Source: Elsinoe ampelina (taxonomy: Eukaryota). Taken from it: a DNA stretch of 64,000 nt. The stretch covers positions 431,203 through 495,202 of the forward strand of contig ML992513.1 of assembly GCA_010093995.1 (NCBI GenBank), in the 5' to 3' direction. Shown in pieces: positions 37,447-49,039 of the stretch; position 1 is the stretch's first letter; each line of letters starts with the position of its first letter. The translations under genes were made by a program, and so were the position numbers. The notes beneath the pieces were generated by a model. It worked only from the letters and a program-made list of their open reading frames with translations. It ran no database searches and was not told the origin of the DNA.

Positions 37447-38658
37447 ATGATACCACCTCCAAGTGAGATCACGCCGCCTGTGTCTCGCAACAGCTCCCCA
37501 TTGACGCCTCCTGGCTCCAACGAGAAATCAGCAGCACAAATCCATTCAGCCATCGCCTGCATCAAAACAATAAAGCGCGGTATACTCGAGGAACTGTCAA
37601 CATCACCGAATCATTCTTTCTCTCTGTCCCCGGCCCAGTTCAATCACCTCTTGCAAATAGCGAAGCAGGATCAAGATCTGATCGGGTATATCGAGGACAA
37701 ACTGCGGTGTGTAGATAGGATGATAACGTACGCCATGTCCTCGCTGATGACGTCGTTCAGTTATGACTACGATCCTGTCAGGCAGCGACTAACTCTGCGC
37801 ATGCCTTCATCGCCGCACGATAGCCTGGCTAGACGGCTGGGCTATTTAATATACGATCAATTGAAGGACGTCGCCGCAGGTGACGATAAAGCATCCGAGT
37901 TCGCCAGAAATGTGCACCTGGTAGGTTCTGCGGACATTACATACGAGATCTCAGGAGCCAGGAAGATTACCCAACCAGACGAGTCTTTCAAGCATGATGA
38001 GATGGCGTTTCCCGGCGTGATTCTAGAAATGGCATTCTCACAGACATTGAAAGATTTGCGTCGTAAGGCAAAGGACCACATCTACGACTCAGACGGCAAT
38101 ATCCGCGCAGTCGTCGGCCTCAAGCTGCCATACGGTGTCGATGCCTCGCAAAAGATTGCGACCTTACATGTCTGGCGTCCGGAAGTCTCAGCAACTGGAC
38201 CCACTGGGCAACTCGAGTTCCATACAAGTGAAACGGCGGCGATTGAGTTCCATTACGCAACAGACTCTGGCGATCTCGACTCCAACCAGCAGACACTCAG
38301 CGGCACACCGTCCGGACAGCAATCGCAAGCCGACCTCATTCTTCGCCTGAGCGAATTCGCCAGCGAAAGTTTCGCTGCGGACAAGTTGAGCGACAAAGAC
38401 CGAGACATTGTGATACCGCACCAGGAAATTTTGCAGGCCATCCGCTGGGTTCTGCAAGACGGGCAGGGCAATGATCATGCCGGCTACAGGGACATTCTTG
38501 ACGTGGGCATTGCCAAGCGGAAGCGAACAGAGACTCCTGATGACGACGACGACGACGCCGCGGTCGAGACGGGCAGCAGCGAGCATACCGGAGACGACCC
38601 AGATTATGAACCCCCGCAAGGAAGAACATATCGTAGGAGGCTCAATCCATCCGTTTGA
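37447..38658 (+). CDS. Fungal hypothetical protein with Uma2 / PD-(D/E)xK-like motifs
   Basis: RMPSSPHD, GSADI, QPDESF, PGVILEMAFSQ; probable in-frame intron 37707-37760. Confidence 0.65.
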   Translation: MIPPPSEITPPVSRNSSPLTPPGSNEKSAAQIHSAIACIKTIKRGILEELSTSPNHSFSLSPAQFNHLLQIAKQDQDLIGYIEDKLRCVDRMITYAMSSLMTSFSYDYDPVRQRLTLRMPSSPHDSLARRLGYLIYDQLKDVAAGDDKASEFARNVHLVGSADITYEISGARKITQPDESFKHDEMAFPGVILEMAFSQTLKDLRRKAKDHIYDSDGNIRAVVGLKLPYGVDASQKIATLHVWRPEVSATGPTGQLEFHTSETAAIEFHYATDSGDLDSNQQTLSGTPSGQQSQADLILRLSEFASESFAADKLSDKDRDIVIPHQEILQAIRWVLQDGQGNDHAGYRDILDVGIAKRKRTETPDDDDDDAAVETGSSEHTGDDPDYEPPQGRTYRRRLNPSV

Positions 38659-39134
38659 CGACTACCTTGACCACGATGAGTCGAAGAAACCCCCGTCGTG
38701 GCAGTGATTGGGTCCTTTATCATACTTGTGTTAGAGCATACCTAGCGTTTATATTGATTAATGCAGCTTATGATTGCGTTTGTGGTCAATTCTACTAGTC
38801 AATTGTACTGTGGCGTCTCGAGCCGGCTAGCCCAAACCGCGATGGGTGTAGCCTCCTGACACAGCCCTCTTCTCATTTGATTTGCCGGTTCCGGGAGACA
38901 ATACACTCTAATCCAATTCGCATCGCACCTTTATCCACGACCGTTGGACTTTTCGAGGGGTCACACACGCAGTTGCGTACACAACTCGCGTCCATCTGCC
39001 TTGTTACTGCGTGCTTGTTATTCATTGTTAATCCACGACGTACACCAGACGCTCACGACAGGGCACTCTGCCCAATGATTCAGTAACACAGCGACATCTA
39101 ACACGGCTTGAACAAGTCGACGACTATCACAATC

Positions 39135-41536
39135 ATGCTTCGACCGGCCACTCCTCTCTCGATTCTATTCTTCGTCGCCTTTGTGCTGCTACTCCTCAGT
39201 ACACTTTCGACTCCAATCATCCGCGCTATCCCCCTCGGAAGCTATCAAGGAGTTGATTATGGCGTCTTCGGGGCGTGTTCGCAGACAGAATGCACGGGAA
39301 TAGAAGTTGGATACAACCCGGACCAGTTCGCGACTGATCAGAGTGGTGGAGACTTTACGTTGCCAGGGAGCGCGCGTGCCTCACTCTCGACTATCTTAAT
39401 TGTACACCCGGTTGCGGCACTGTTGACGCTGATCTGCTTTGGCCTGTCCTTTGCTGCCCACTTCCATGGACCCGCGCATTCCCCACGGTATCTGCTGGCC
39501 TTGCTCATCCTCTCCTTTCCGACGCTACTGGTCTCGCTCCTGGCTTTCCTGGTCGATATTCTACTCTTTGTACCACACATGCAATGGGGAGGATGGATTG
39601 TACTGGCAGCCACTGTTCTGATCGTCGCGTCGGGGATCGTAACATGTGCTATGAGGAGGACACTAGTATCCCGAAAAGCGCGCAAGAAGAGGATCGCCGA
39701 AAACGCGGAAATGAACGGAGCGAACTTCTTCCAGAGCCGGATGGAGGAGCGAGAACGTGCTGCAGTGGCCCCCAATTTCGACCGCGCAGACAGTCCCCCG
39801 CCTCTTTCGAGCGATCCAAAGTACGCTTCTCAATTCGCTTCTTTCGAGACCAAGAACCCAGAATTTACAAAGGACAGCGATACCGATCCGCTTAATGGTC
39901 GTACTCCATCTCTTCGAAGCAATGGTACCAATGGCGCAAGAGGACCACCAGGAACGTACGATCAGCCCCCGATGCCGAATGCACTTGGCCGAAGACCTTC
40001 GAGAGACGAGTATGGCAATCCGCTTCCGCCTGACGCCGTAGCTGCCGCCGAAGGACTCCCACCTCCCGGATTGCGGTCACAAGGCTCAAGGGGTTCGATG
40101 AACTCAAACGGCTCTGGCAGATCATACAACTCGAGAGGATCGAGAGGTCCACCGCCAGGCTACGGTGGACGTGGTAGAGGTGGAATGATGGGTCCTCCGA
40201 GAGGCGGCTTCGGACCCCCACGAGGAGGCTATGGACCGAGAGGGGGCCCAAGAGGGGGCTATGGAGGTCCTCCACCTCGTGGCGGATATGGCCCTCCCAG
40301 AGGTGGCATGGGCCCGTACAGAGGAGGCCCAGATGGCATGAGAGGTCCCCCACCTCCAGGCTGGACTGGGCCTCACGGGAGACAGGGTAGTCCAGGTCCA
40401 GGTGGAAATGGCATGATGATGGCTGGCGGTGCCATGGCTGCTGGTGCTATGGCTGGTGGCGCTATGGCTAGAGGTCCAGGAGCGCGTTCCCCGCCTGCGC
40501 ACGACGGTCAGTACTATGACGGCCAGCCAATCGCCCCTCCAGGATCGTCATCGAGACACGGCACTCCGGGTCCTGGTATCGGCCAGGCTATCGAAATGGA
40601 CGAGCGTGGCGGCAACCCTACTTCAGATCAAGGCATGTACAACATCCGCGACAGTGACAGCGATGTCGCCGGCATGCTAGCACTTCAGCAAGGTCGTTCC
40701 AGTCCCATGCGCGTCGAGAGCGGCACATCCAGCAGTCAGTACTCGGATCCTCGGAACTCCGACCAAGCAGGCTACGTCCCTCCTCGAGCACAATGGGCCG
40801 CACCATCTCCTCTTTCAAATGCCCAATCAGCCAACCACGGTCACGTCTCACCTCCAGCCCTCCGCACCATCTCCGCTTCCCCTCACGGCCACTCCCGTCA
40901 AGCCTCCGGCTCAGACGTCTACTATGAAGACGTCGATCCCCGCTTCGCCACCGACGACCCGAATCCATCCCGCCACGGACCGCCCTCGCCTGTACCACAT
41001 GCCCTAATGCCAGGCATGAACAACAACAGGTAAGCTCATATCACTCTTCCGCGCTTCTTCCCTTGAATCCGCGATCTACTACTTTCTTGCGTCGTCCAAC
41101 CCAACCAACAAAAGTAACAGGTTGTAGCGCACCTCCACCTCATCGCCACCACCAACAAACCCTCGCCATTCCCCCCTCCCACTCCGCCGAAACCCTCCCC
41201 TCCCGCCCTCCCTCCGACATCGCAGACGGCGCCCGCTCCCCCACCGGCTCGGAAAACAGCCACTTCACATCCGTCAGCCAGCGGGGTATCAACCCGCAAT
41301 GGCGCCCGCCGCCGGGACCGAACCTAATGCCGCCCCCTTCGGGCAGGAAAAGGAATGAGGATCTGGTCTTGGCTGCGAATCCGGATTTTGCGATTCCAGG
41401 GGTGGGGTTGGGGAGGCCGCAGGGGAGAGGTAGGGGTGGGGTTGGGGGAGGGAGAGGGGGGATGAGAGGGGGCCCGATTGGGGGTGTCGGAGGGATGGGC
41501 ATGTTGCCCGAGGGGAGGTATCCTAGTCCGATTTGA
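39135..41536 (+). CDS. palI: pH-response regulator PalI/Rim9 (SUR7/PalI family)
   Basis: MLRPATPL start, YGVFGAC...C motif, hydrophobic transmembrane helices, long Gly/Pro/Arg-rich tail; intron near 41030-41120; ends GRYPSPI. Confidence 0.88.
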
Positions 41537-42126
41537 GGACCTCCGCCGCTCGTGAGGGAAGGGCAAAGGGGTGCAGGGGCTTGAGAGGACTTATGAGAGG
41601 GGAGGAAGTGAGGGGGACTAAGTGCGCGGGTTGAACATCTTGGATGAGTAGGAGAGCGAGAGAGGAGAGAGGAAGGGTAGATGGCTTCTTTGCATAAAAG
41701 TGTACATATTTAGCTCTTTCTCGGTTTTTTTCGGTGGAGCAAAGCGACTCCCGCCCGCGGTATAGCGTGCCGGCGGTGATGATTGGTAGTGTTTATATCA
41801 TGATGAAGGGATGGATTATTGATCGTGTTTGTGTGTTTGAGTCTTTAGTGAAGGTCGATGGGCGAGGGGGACGGGAGGGGAGGGGAGTGGGTGGAGAGGG
41901 GAGTGGGTGGGGTGAGGGCTGATGTGAGTCGTGAGGAGAGACAGGTGCTGTACAAGTACGTACGCTAGGTACGCATGTGCTGGGTGTTCTTGGCTGCTGC
42001 ACTGCCGAAGGTGGGTCGTGCGGGTTGAAGTGCTTGGTTTGTTCGCCGGGATCGAGTGGGAATGTACAATGGTTTGCTCAGTGGGAGGTTTGAGATGGTG
42101 TAGTGTTGATCTAGGTAAGCTATATA

Positions 42127-42176
42127 TGTGTGTGTGCGTGTGCGTGTGCGTGTGCGTGGATGTGAGCGTGTGTGGA
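42127..42176. repeat. (GT)n/(GTGCGT)n microsatellite
   Basis: tgtgtgtgtgcgtgtgcgtgtgcgtgtgcgtg visible in the sequence. Confidence 0.8.
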
Positions 42177-42549
42177 TGTAGATGTGTGCCGTGGAAGGAC
42201 AGCCCATCGACGAAGCTGGACCTGGACACCTTGCCCCTTTTGAACGAGCGGAGACTGCGACAAGATGATAGTCCGGCTGCGCAAGCGGAGCCAGTGTGCA
42301 AAGGTGAGGGGGACAAGGGTTCATGCCTCGTCTCTCAACACGTCTTGGCCGTGAAGGAGAGTCGTGGGTGTGGGGAGGAGGTTCTTAGTAGCCGGATGAG
42401 GTCGTCGAAGGGGGCCGATGTGAGTAAGGGCAGGTGATAGCGATATGTAAGGGACGTGGGAAACTTGTGTTCAGGTGATATGGGTGGGAAAAGGAGACAA
42501 TAATCAGTGAGGACGCTTGGGAGCACCAGTGTCGATGTCAATGCGGAAA

Positions 42550-42598
<49 letters not shown>
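42550..42598 (+). repeat. 49-nt poly(G) homopolymer
   Basis: Uninterrupted G run. Confidence 0.9.
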
Positions 42599-42599
<1 letters not shown>

Positions 42600-42761
42600 A
42601 GTGGACGATCCGAATGTGGTGTCTGAAGATCACCACTCCAGAGGGTCCAAGTCATCGATGAGTCGAGCTAGTGATCGGCAAAGCGAATGATTGAGATCTC
42701 GAGCTTGCAAGGTCGCTGGAGTGGATAGTCAAGATCAGCTGATGTCGGTCGAGAGGCCAGC

Positions 42762-43829
42762 TCAGAGAATCCAGCGAGGACCCGCACCAAGTTCAACCCC
42801 GACTGTCCTCCCAAGAGAGTCCACGATGTCGCAGTCCATGCCTGTCTCCACACTCCCAAGCAAGACTGCTTTGCCTTTCCCAGCTATAGTCCCACCGTGG
42901 GGCCTGGAAGCAGCAGCAGCAGCGCCAGCCCCTTCCTTTTCGGCACGCTTCTGTGTGACCTCACTAACCTTGGGGTTTATAGAAGATGGTCGGAGAGCGA
43001 GACTAGGAATGTGATGTCCATTGCTTGGGCCTCCGGCAGAGACAGGAGAAGTGGTAGCCTTCATGGACGCAGCAGGCGCATTGGAAGCGGTAGAGGCCGC
43101 ACTTGGAGGTGCCGCATCGGATGAGTCCACGTGAACCCATTGATCTGCGTCCTCCATATCAGCATCCTTTGTTGGAGAGGGTGCCTTTTCGATCGTCAAG
43201 GTCTCTTCGCCCGCAGGAGTGGGAGCCAATAGGTCCCCAGGGAAAGCAGCTTCAGGGAGTTGATAATGGTGATCCCATCGGCTGTTGTAGTCTGCAGGAG
43301 CCATGAAGAAATCGGAGGGTTCGTGCTCGCCGCCTGGGTCCTGGTAGATGTCAAGATCCGGCGATGGTGGGTTGGCATTGTGGGGATACCCGATGTCTGC
43401 GACAAAGTCTGAAGAGGAGTCGCGTTGTGATGCTGCGAAGGCGTATTCGCCGTGCGTGAAAGGTACTGGCTGGAGAAGCTTGGATGGTATATTCGGTCTC
43501 TTGGGAAGAGAGGCTGTTGGCGATGGTCTGTATGATGCAGCAGATGGGAGAGGATCCGTTCGAACCGCCGGAGAAGAAGTCGAATGATTGGGCTCTTGAT
43601 GGACAAATGTAAATGGTGCTCCTGCAAGCTTCGAAGCATCGGGACGTGGACCCTTTCTAATTTTTGCCAACGCCTCTTCGAAGTCGGCGAAGACAGACTG
43701 GTCCGATCTCTCGAGAGGATCTTCTTTGATATTCGACGAAGTCATTGACTCGTCGTCGATGCCCAACTCGAGACTAGGCCCAGAGACGGCAAAGTCGACG
43801 GCACATCGATGGACGAGTACCCTTTGCAT
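42762..43829 (-). CDS. Hypothetical low-complexity Ser/Pro/Ala-rich protein; exon structure unclear
   Basis: 355-codon ORF with plausible composition; no recognisable motif. Confidence 0.4.
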   Translation of the reverse strand: MQRVLVHRCAVDFAVSGPSLELGIDDESMTSSNIKEDPLERSDQSVFADFEEALAKIRKGPRPDASKLAGAPFTFVHQEPNHSTSSPAVRTDPLPSAASYRPSPTASLPKRPNIPSKLLQPVPFTHGEYAFAASQRDSSSDFVADIGYPHNANPPSPDLDIYQDPGGEHEPSDFFMAPADYNSRWDHHYQLPEAAFPGDLLAPTPAGEETLTIEKAPSPTKDADMEDADQWVHVDSSDAAPPSAASTASNAPAASMKATTSPVSAGGPSNGHHIPSLALRPSSINPKVSEVTQKRAEKEGAGAAAAASRPHGGTIAGKGKAVLLGSVETGMDCDIVDSLGRTVGVELGAGPRWIL

Positions 43830-45050
43830 GCTTGTTGCACTGGTAGGAATGATATCTTTTCGTTGTCGACGGAGGATCTCCTTGGTCCCGTGTACAGCGA
43901 CGCAAGATGGTGCATGGTGGGTAAGACACCAGTCGAAGTGTCCCTCTTGAAAGCAGAGAGTAAGGGCAGGGTGCTCGATGCACCATCTGTCGGGGCTGTC
44001 ATGTTCAGCTTGTGCACGGACAGTATTGGGATTTGATTATCATAATTTGAGAATAAGAGAGTGCGTAATTCTAGAGCTAAAGAAGGCTGTGGTCGGAGCC
44101 GCAGAACCATGACGGGATGGGAACTTGACCAGACGGTCGCCAGAACCAGAAGTCGAGAGGCAACAACAAGATGAGGATACAGATCCACTTACCAAGAATG
44201 ATTCTGCCAAGGATGACTGATCTCCTTCAACGCCATCTCAACCCGCTCCCTCCGCCAATGCTCTTCTGTTGTTTCTGTATCCTTACGAGTCTGCATGCTC
44301 ACTTGCTTAGGCACAGCGAAATCGTAATCCAAGAGCGAGAGCGAACTTACGTTCAATTTATAGCTCTTACCATGTCCGTGGATCGACCTCTCGTTGAGGG
44401 GCATTCGGCATCTCTGTGCTCCCAAAGGTAGTACAGGATGCACACGGGGAAACTTGGTCCAACCATTCTACGCGCCAGCGATTCGGAAAGAGAATTGACT
44501 GGATGCTGAGAATCTCATCGTCATGTAGGATGAGGTGATGGTGGTCGTCAGCAGTGACCTCAGAGAATCTCGTCTGGTGGTGTGAATGGCCTGATTGTCA
44601 AGTCACGTGATATGAGTACCTAGCTTGCTTGTAAGCCTGCTGCGATCGCCAATCGTCTTGTGCGTTTGTTCCAGTGCTGCAAACACAGAAGACCCATCTT
44701 TGAGGAATTGGCACCGGTCAGGTAGGTTGTGAAAGAGATACTGTCGTTGTCATTGTCGCAGCTGAAGGAGCCGTCGACATGGCGGCCGCCAGAGGTCGAT
44801 TGGTGCGGTTTCGCACGAACCACAATGGTCCTTGCATACCATGATCGTGAAAGTGATCACTCACCAATGTTTGTCTCTGCTGCAACAACCCTGCTTTCAC
44901 CACGAGTGCTTGTGATGTTTCTCATCACCAGGCAGCAAGCTCCCTACCAGCAATCACGAAGCTGCTTGCTGTCCGTATCGTCCCTATAAAGCGCATCCAT
45001 ACTCCTATATCCATTCACTCCTCCAGACACACAGCACCACTCACAACAAG

Positions 45051-46760
45051 ATGGCCGCCGGCGTTCCCTTTCCCTGCCTTAACAGCCTCTTCCGCATCGT
45101 CAACATATACACCGCAATCTGCATCCTCCAATTCTCACCACCGACCACGGATATCTTCAACGCTAAGCTTCTACTCGCTCTCACCATCGTCCTCGATGTC
45201 CTGCAGGTCAACGACATCGACTTTTCCGGTACCCATGTTGTGGTCTATGCCTTGTCCGGGTGGGTCCTGGACAAGATCCATTGCACAGAAGCCAATCACC
45301 AAGCCATGCGCAACATGCTCCAGGAGTGTGTCCAGGCTGTGAGCGTCTTGATCAACTTGATGATCCTCATTGCGAAGCGTACTGCCGTCCGCCTCGGAGA
45401 TTACTACCAGGAAGGTCGCCAGACCTGGTATCAGCATTACCCGCCTGGACTTGAAGACGGACCGCCGGCCAACGATCAAGCTCCAGAAGAACACCCAGTT
45501 CTACCCACTCAGTCTACTCAACGTCTCATCTCGAGCGACCCGGCCCAGTGCACACAGCTCCTTGCTGGCAGGAGATTGACCCTGAACAACGGAGACATCA
45601 TCAGCAACGACCTCGACCCCTACAAGTCCCGAGCCATAACAAACGAGCGCCTCGTCACAGCCTTCGGGATCGGCAACTGCTTCGTAGTCGACCAGAAGAA
45701 GGTATGCGAGGAGTTCCGCAAGAAGGCAAATACCGCAGTGAAGAAGACCGACGCCGAGTGGGCAACGCTGAGTGAGACGCTCAAGGAGAGTCTGGCTGCC
45801 TTCATCCAAGCTGGTAGAAATGAGGCTGGCGAAGGTAGCGGCCCTCTGAAGCTCAAGCTGGTTCCCAAGGTCCAGGCTCTGTGCCTCAAGATCGTCCTCG
45901 TTGCTTTCAAGGGTGTGATGAGTCTTGCGTCTGTCGACATGGATGATGCCTTTTTCTACGACCTCGCGGAAGAGATCAATGAGGTGTGGATCGCCAGCAA
46001 GAACGCCGAGATTGTCGACTACTGGTGCTACGACTCCAACGAACGCCTACGCGGCTTGATGGATAGGCTGATGCCGAGCTCGGACAGTGACGGGACCACG
46101 CCTCAGACGACACCACTCAATTACATTCTCCCCGGCTACGAGACCTTGTGGCGTGTGGTGCTCCGCTGCTTCCTGGAGGTGTGCTTTCGTCCGACCTACG
46201 CTGCCGACGACAAAGCACTGTGGCGTCAAGTCCTGGTGGCCTTCGCGAACGATCCTTCCACTGCTCTGCTGGACGATAACAGCGCTGGCGTCTCAGCTGC
46301 CTGGATCTCGAAGGAAGCATTGCGACTCTACCCGCCTACCAGAAGGATCTACCGCCACTTCCAGACCGAGGAGCACAACATCGAGGCAGCTGCAGACATC
46401 GAAGCCATTCATCGCCAGGTCGTACTCCAGGATGATGGTCATGTCTCTTCAGTCTGGGGAACAGATCCGAGCGTCTTCAGGCCTGGTCGCTGGGCAGACA
46501 TCACTGCCCAGGTTGAGAATGAGAATTTCCTGGCATTCGGAACCAAACCGTTCATCTGTGTGGCGAGGAAGGGGAGCAGGGAGAGGATGTCGTTCGGCGT
46601 CGCTATGGTGGGTTTGGTGGTTGGTGTCTTGATTGGAGAGATGGGTCCTGATACCTGGTTGCTGGAGCTGCATGATGACGAGCTGAGAGCGTGGCAGGCT
46701 GGAGAGTTGATGGGAACGGGGAGGGAAGACTATGGCTCTGCGTGCGTGGTGGGGAAGTGA
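45051..46760 (+). CDS. Divergent cytochrome P450-like protein
   Basis: I-helix-like LPGYETLW, ExxR (EALRLYPP), PERF-like FRPGRW, heme-ligand-like FGTKPFICVA; hydrophobic N-terminus. Confidence 0.82.
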   Translation: MAAGVPFPCLNSLFRIVNIYTAICILQFSPPTTDIFNAKLLLALTIVLDVLQVNDIDFSGTHVVVYALSGWVLDKIHCTEANHQAMRNMLQECVQAVSVLINLMILIAKRTAVRLGDYYQEGRQTWYQHYPPGLEDGPPANDQAPEEHPVLPTQSTQRLISSDPAQCTQLLAGRRLTLNNGDIISNDLDPYKSRAITNERLVTAFGIGNCFVVDQKKVCEEFRKKANTAVKKTDAEWATLSETLKESLAAFIQAGRNEAGEGSGPLKLKLVPKVQALCLKIVLVAFKGVMSLASVDMDDAFFYDLAEEINEVWIASKNAEIVDYWCYDSNERLRGLMDRLMPSSDSDGTTPQTTPLNYILPGYETLWRVVLRCFLEVCFRPTYAADDKALWRQVLVAFANDPSTALLDDNSAGVSAAWISKEALRLYPPTRRIYRHFQTEEHNIEAAADIEAIHRQVVLQDDGHVSSVWGTDPSVFRPGRWADITAQVENENFLAFGTKPFICVARKGSRERMSFGVAMVGLVVGVLIGEMGPDTWLLELHDDELRAWQAGELMGTGREDYGSACVVGK

Positions 46761-47941
46761 CTTGAGACAGTACTCGTCGACGTTCCTGACGTCGTTCTTG
46801 AATGAATGGATCAACCTTCATCTCCGACCGGTCACTGTTCGCTCGTCTGAGCCATGTAGAAGACCTCTTTAGTCCACTTGAACTGGGAGCGTGCAACGCA
46901 TGCGAACTTGGTAGGTTTGCCTGAAGACATGCCACTCTAGCGCGTCCACAGTGGCGGTATTGCCTGGGTGGAACGCCGCTAGTCGGCAAGGCACGAAGGT
47001 AGCTAGTGCCTGCTGGCCAGCAGATAGATACGTGCTAAGCGCTTGCTTAGACTGGTGCTGTGCCGCAGCTGGAGCGCTCTTGCTCAAGGCAGCCATAGAG
47101 TCTCATTTGGCACGACGACCTCTTGTGTGCAAGACACCGTGGTTGCATACTCTTGATTACAGACGGATCTCTTACGAAATAGGTATCGTGTAGGGTCATC
47201 CGAAGGACAATTGCAATTTGCTGACCTTGTCAAGCCGGACAGATGTCAGACCCGGGAAAGAGCCGTTCGAGCAGTGGGAGCAGTGGGAGCAGTTCGAGCA
47301 GTGCTCGCAGCGAATTCAGCCTCAAACACCGGCAGAAAACCGCCGACCCCACGTGCGAGCTATGCCATGGCACGGGAAAATATCGAAAACAAGACTTCCG
47401 CTTCGAGCAGCGGAGGTGCGGTCCCTGTGAAGGGACAGGCCGAGTTCGGTACACAGGTCGGGTCGGAGAGACGAGGGGAAATCAGGGATCTGTTTTGCGG
47501 GTATTGCAGAGGCCATGGAGCACGACAAATGCGAGTCTTCTTCACGGTCACGAAGGATTGTGCTTGCAAAAATTGAGGGGATGGGAGAATGGAACAGTAG
47601 TAGAGTAGAACAAGGCGCGGCACTGCAAAAGGTCGTGGTGCTTTGGGACTTGGTTAGAACTACCAGCAAACACGCCTAGTATGCGGAGCCTCTCGATATT
47701 GAAGAAGAGTACCTGGTGATTAGCATCCGAGTCATATGGAATTCATGGTCAATGTGCCATAGACTTTATTTATATCCGAGTGGCTCGGCTCGTTGCTTCA
47801 TGCCTTTCCACTGAACCATCGCTTGATTCACTCTTCTCCCAACGCATCAACTTCATCGATCTAGTCCACTTCACCGAAACACTCCATCATCGGCCACACG
47901 AACCGAACAAGCTCAACTTCTCTATCCACTGATGGTCCAGA

Positions 47942-48850
47942 ATGGCACGGGTCCTGCGGACGGACGCGACGACCGAGGACACCAAATCTGCTGCCACAGA
48001 CCCCCAACCACCAACGCGAGTATTGGTACAGACACTGCCTCGTCTCCTTCCCGAGGGGAAATACAGTTTCGAACGAAAAGATGCAATGTTAGATCAGATA
48101 TGCCTCTTCTACTGGAATCGAACATCCAAATACCCAAGGTTTCGCTTGTACATGCACAAGGTTGAGTTTGCATACCCGAATCGCAAGTGCTTCTTCCTGG
48201 TTGATCATGGGGAGTGCGCAGACGGCGATCACGTACCAGTCGTGTCCTACGAATGGACCGGAGACGCCTTGTGAGTAGCGGCCCGAATACCTGTACAGCT
48301 ACCAGTCTCACACCGATTTTCTAGTGTCTCAAGACCACAACTTGCTGCGCATCCCAAAGTACAAAAGGTGCTTTCAAGCAAAATACCTTTCAACCCCCAG
48401 CCAAGGGGAAGCGAACCCGAACGACTCCCGGTCCGTAAGGCAGTAAGAAGAATGCTACGCAACCTTGACCGCATTCCCTTGGAAGACCTGGAGTACATGA
48501 GGGCACACGAGGAAGATCAAGAGTGGCTCAGGACACATGTGAGGCCAAGATTGTGGGAGAATTTTGTTTACCAACGCGACCACTGCTTCGCATACAACGA
48601 AGGAGACGAATTCGATGCGTTTGAAGTGGACGGCGTTGTTATCGAGAAAGAAGACATGACACCGGACCTGTTGGCCCTGTTTTCGCTGAAACCACCAGAC
48701 AAGCAAACATGGCTCAAGTACGTCAACACCCAAAATCGTCGCCGTTACAAGCTGACGAGTATAGTGAGGACCTCAAGGACGAATCAAATGGCCTATGAAA
48801 CCCATCACGGCAGCATGGTATCCCGACCAGAAACCTTGATGACGCGAGAT
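47942..48850 (+). CDS. Hypothetical protein, at least 2 exons; 3' end uncertain
   Basis: ORF 47942-48270 splices in frame (GTGAGT...TAG, 48271-48324) into the 48368 ORF. Confidence 0.5.
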
Positions 48851-49039
48851 GCCCATCACTCGCGTCTGGAATGCAACAAGCACTGCACTAGTCTACTACA
48901 CCTGGGAGAGTACCACCAGAGAGCGCCTCCCGCCATCCCACACTTGTCGACAGACAGAAGTTCCCGCTTAATGGACCCCTTCCTGGGCACGTCTCCATCC
49001 ACACCAGTCGCGGCCGCTCCACCTATCCCCCGTCTACTC

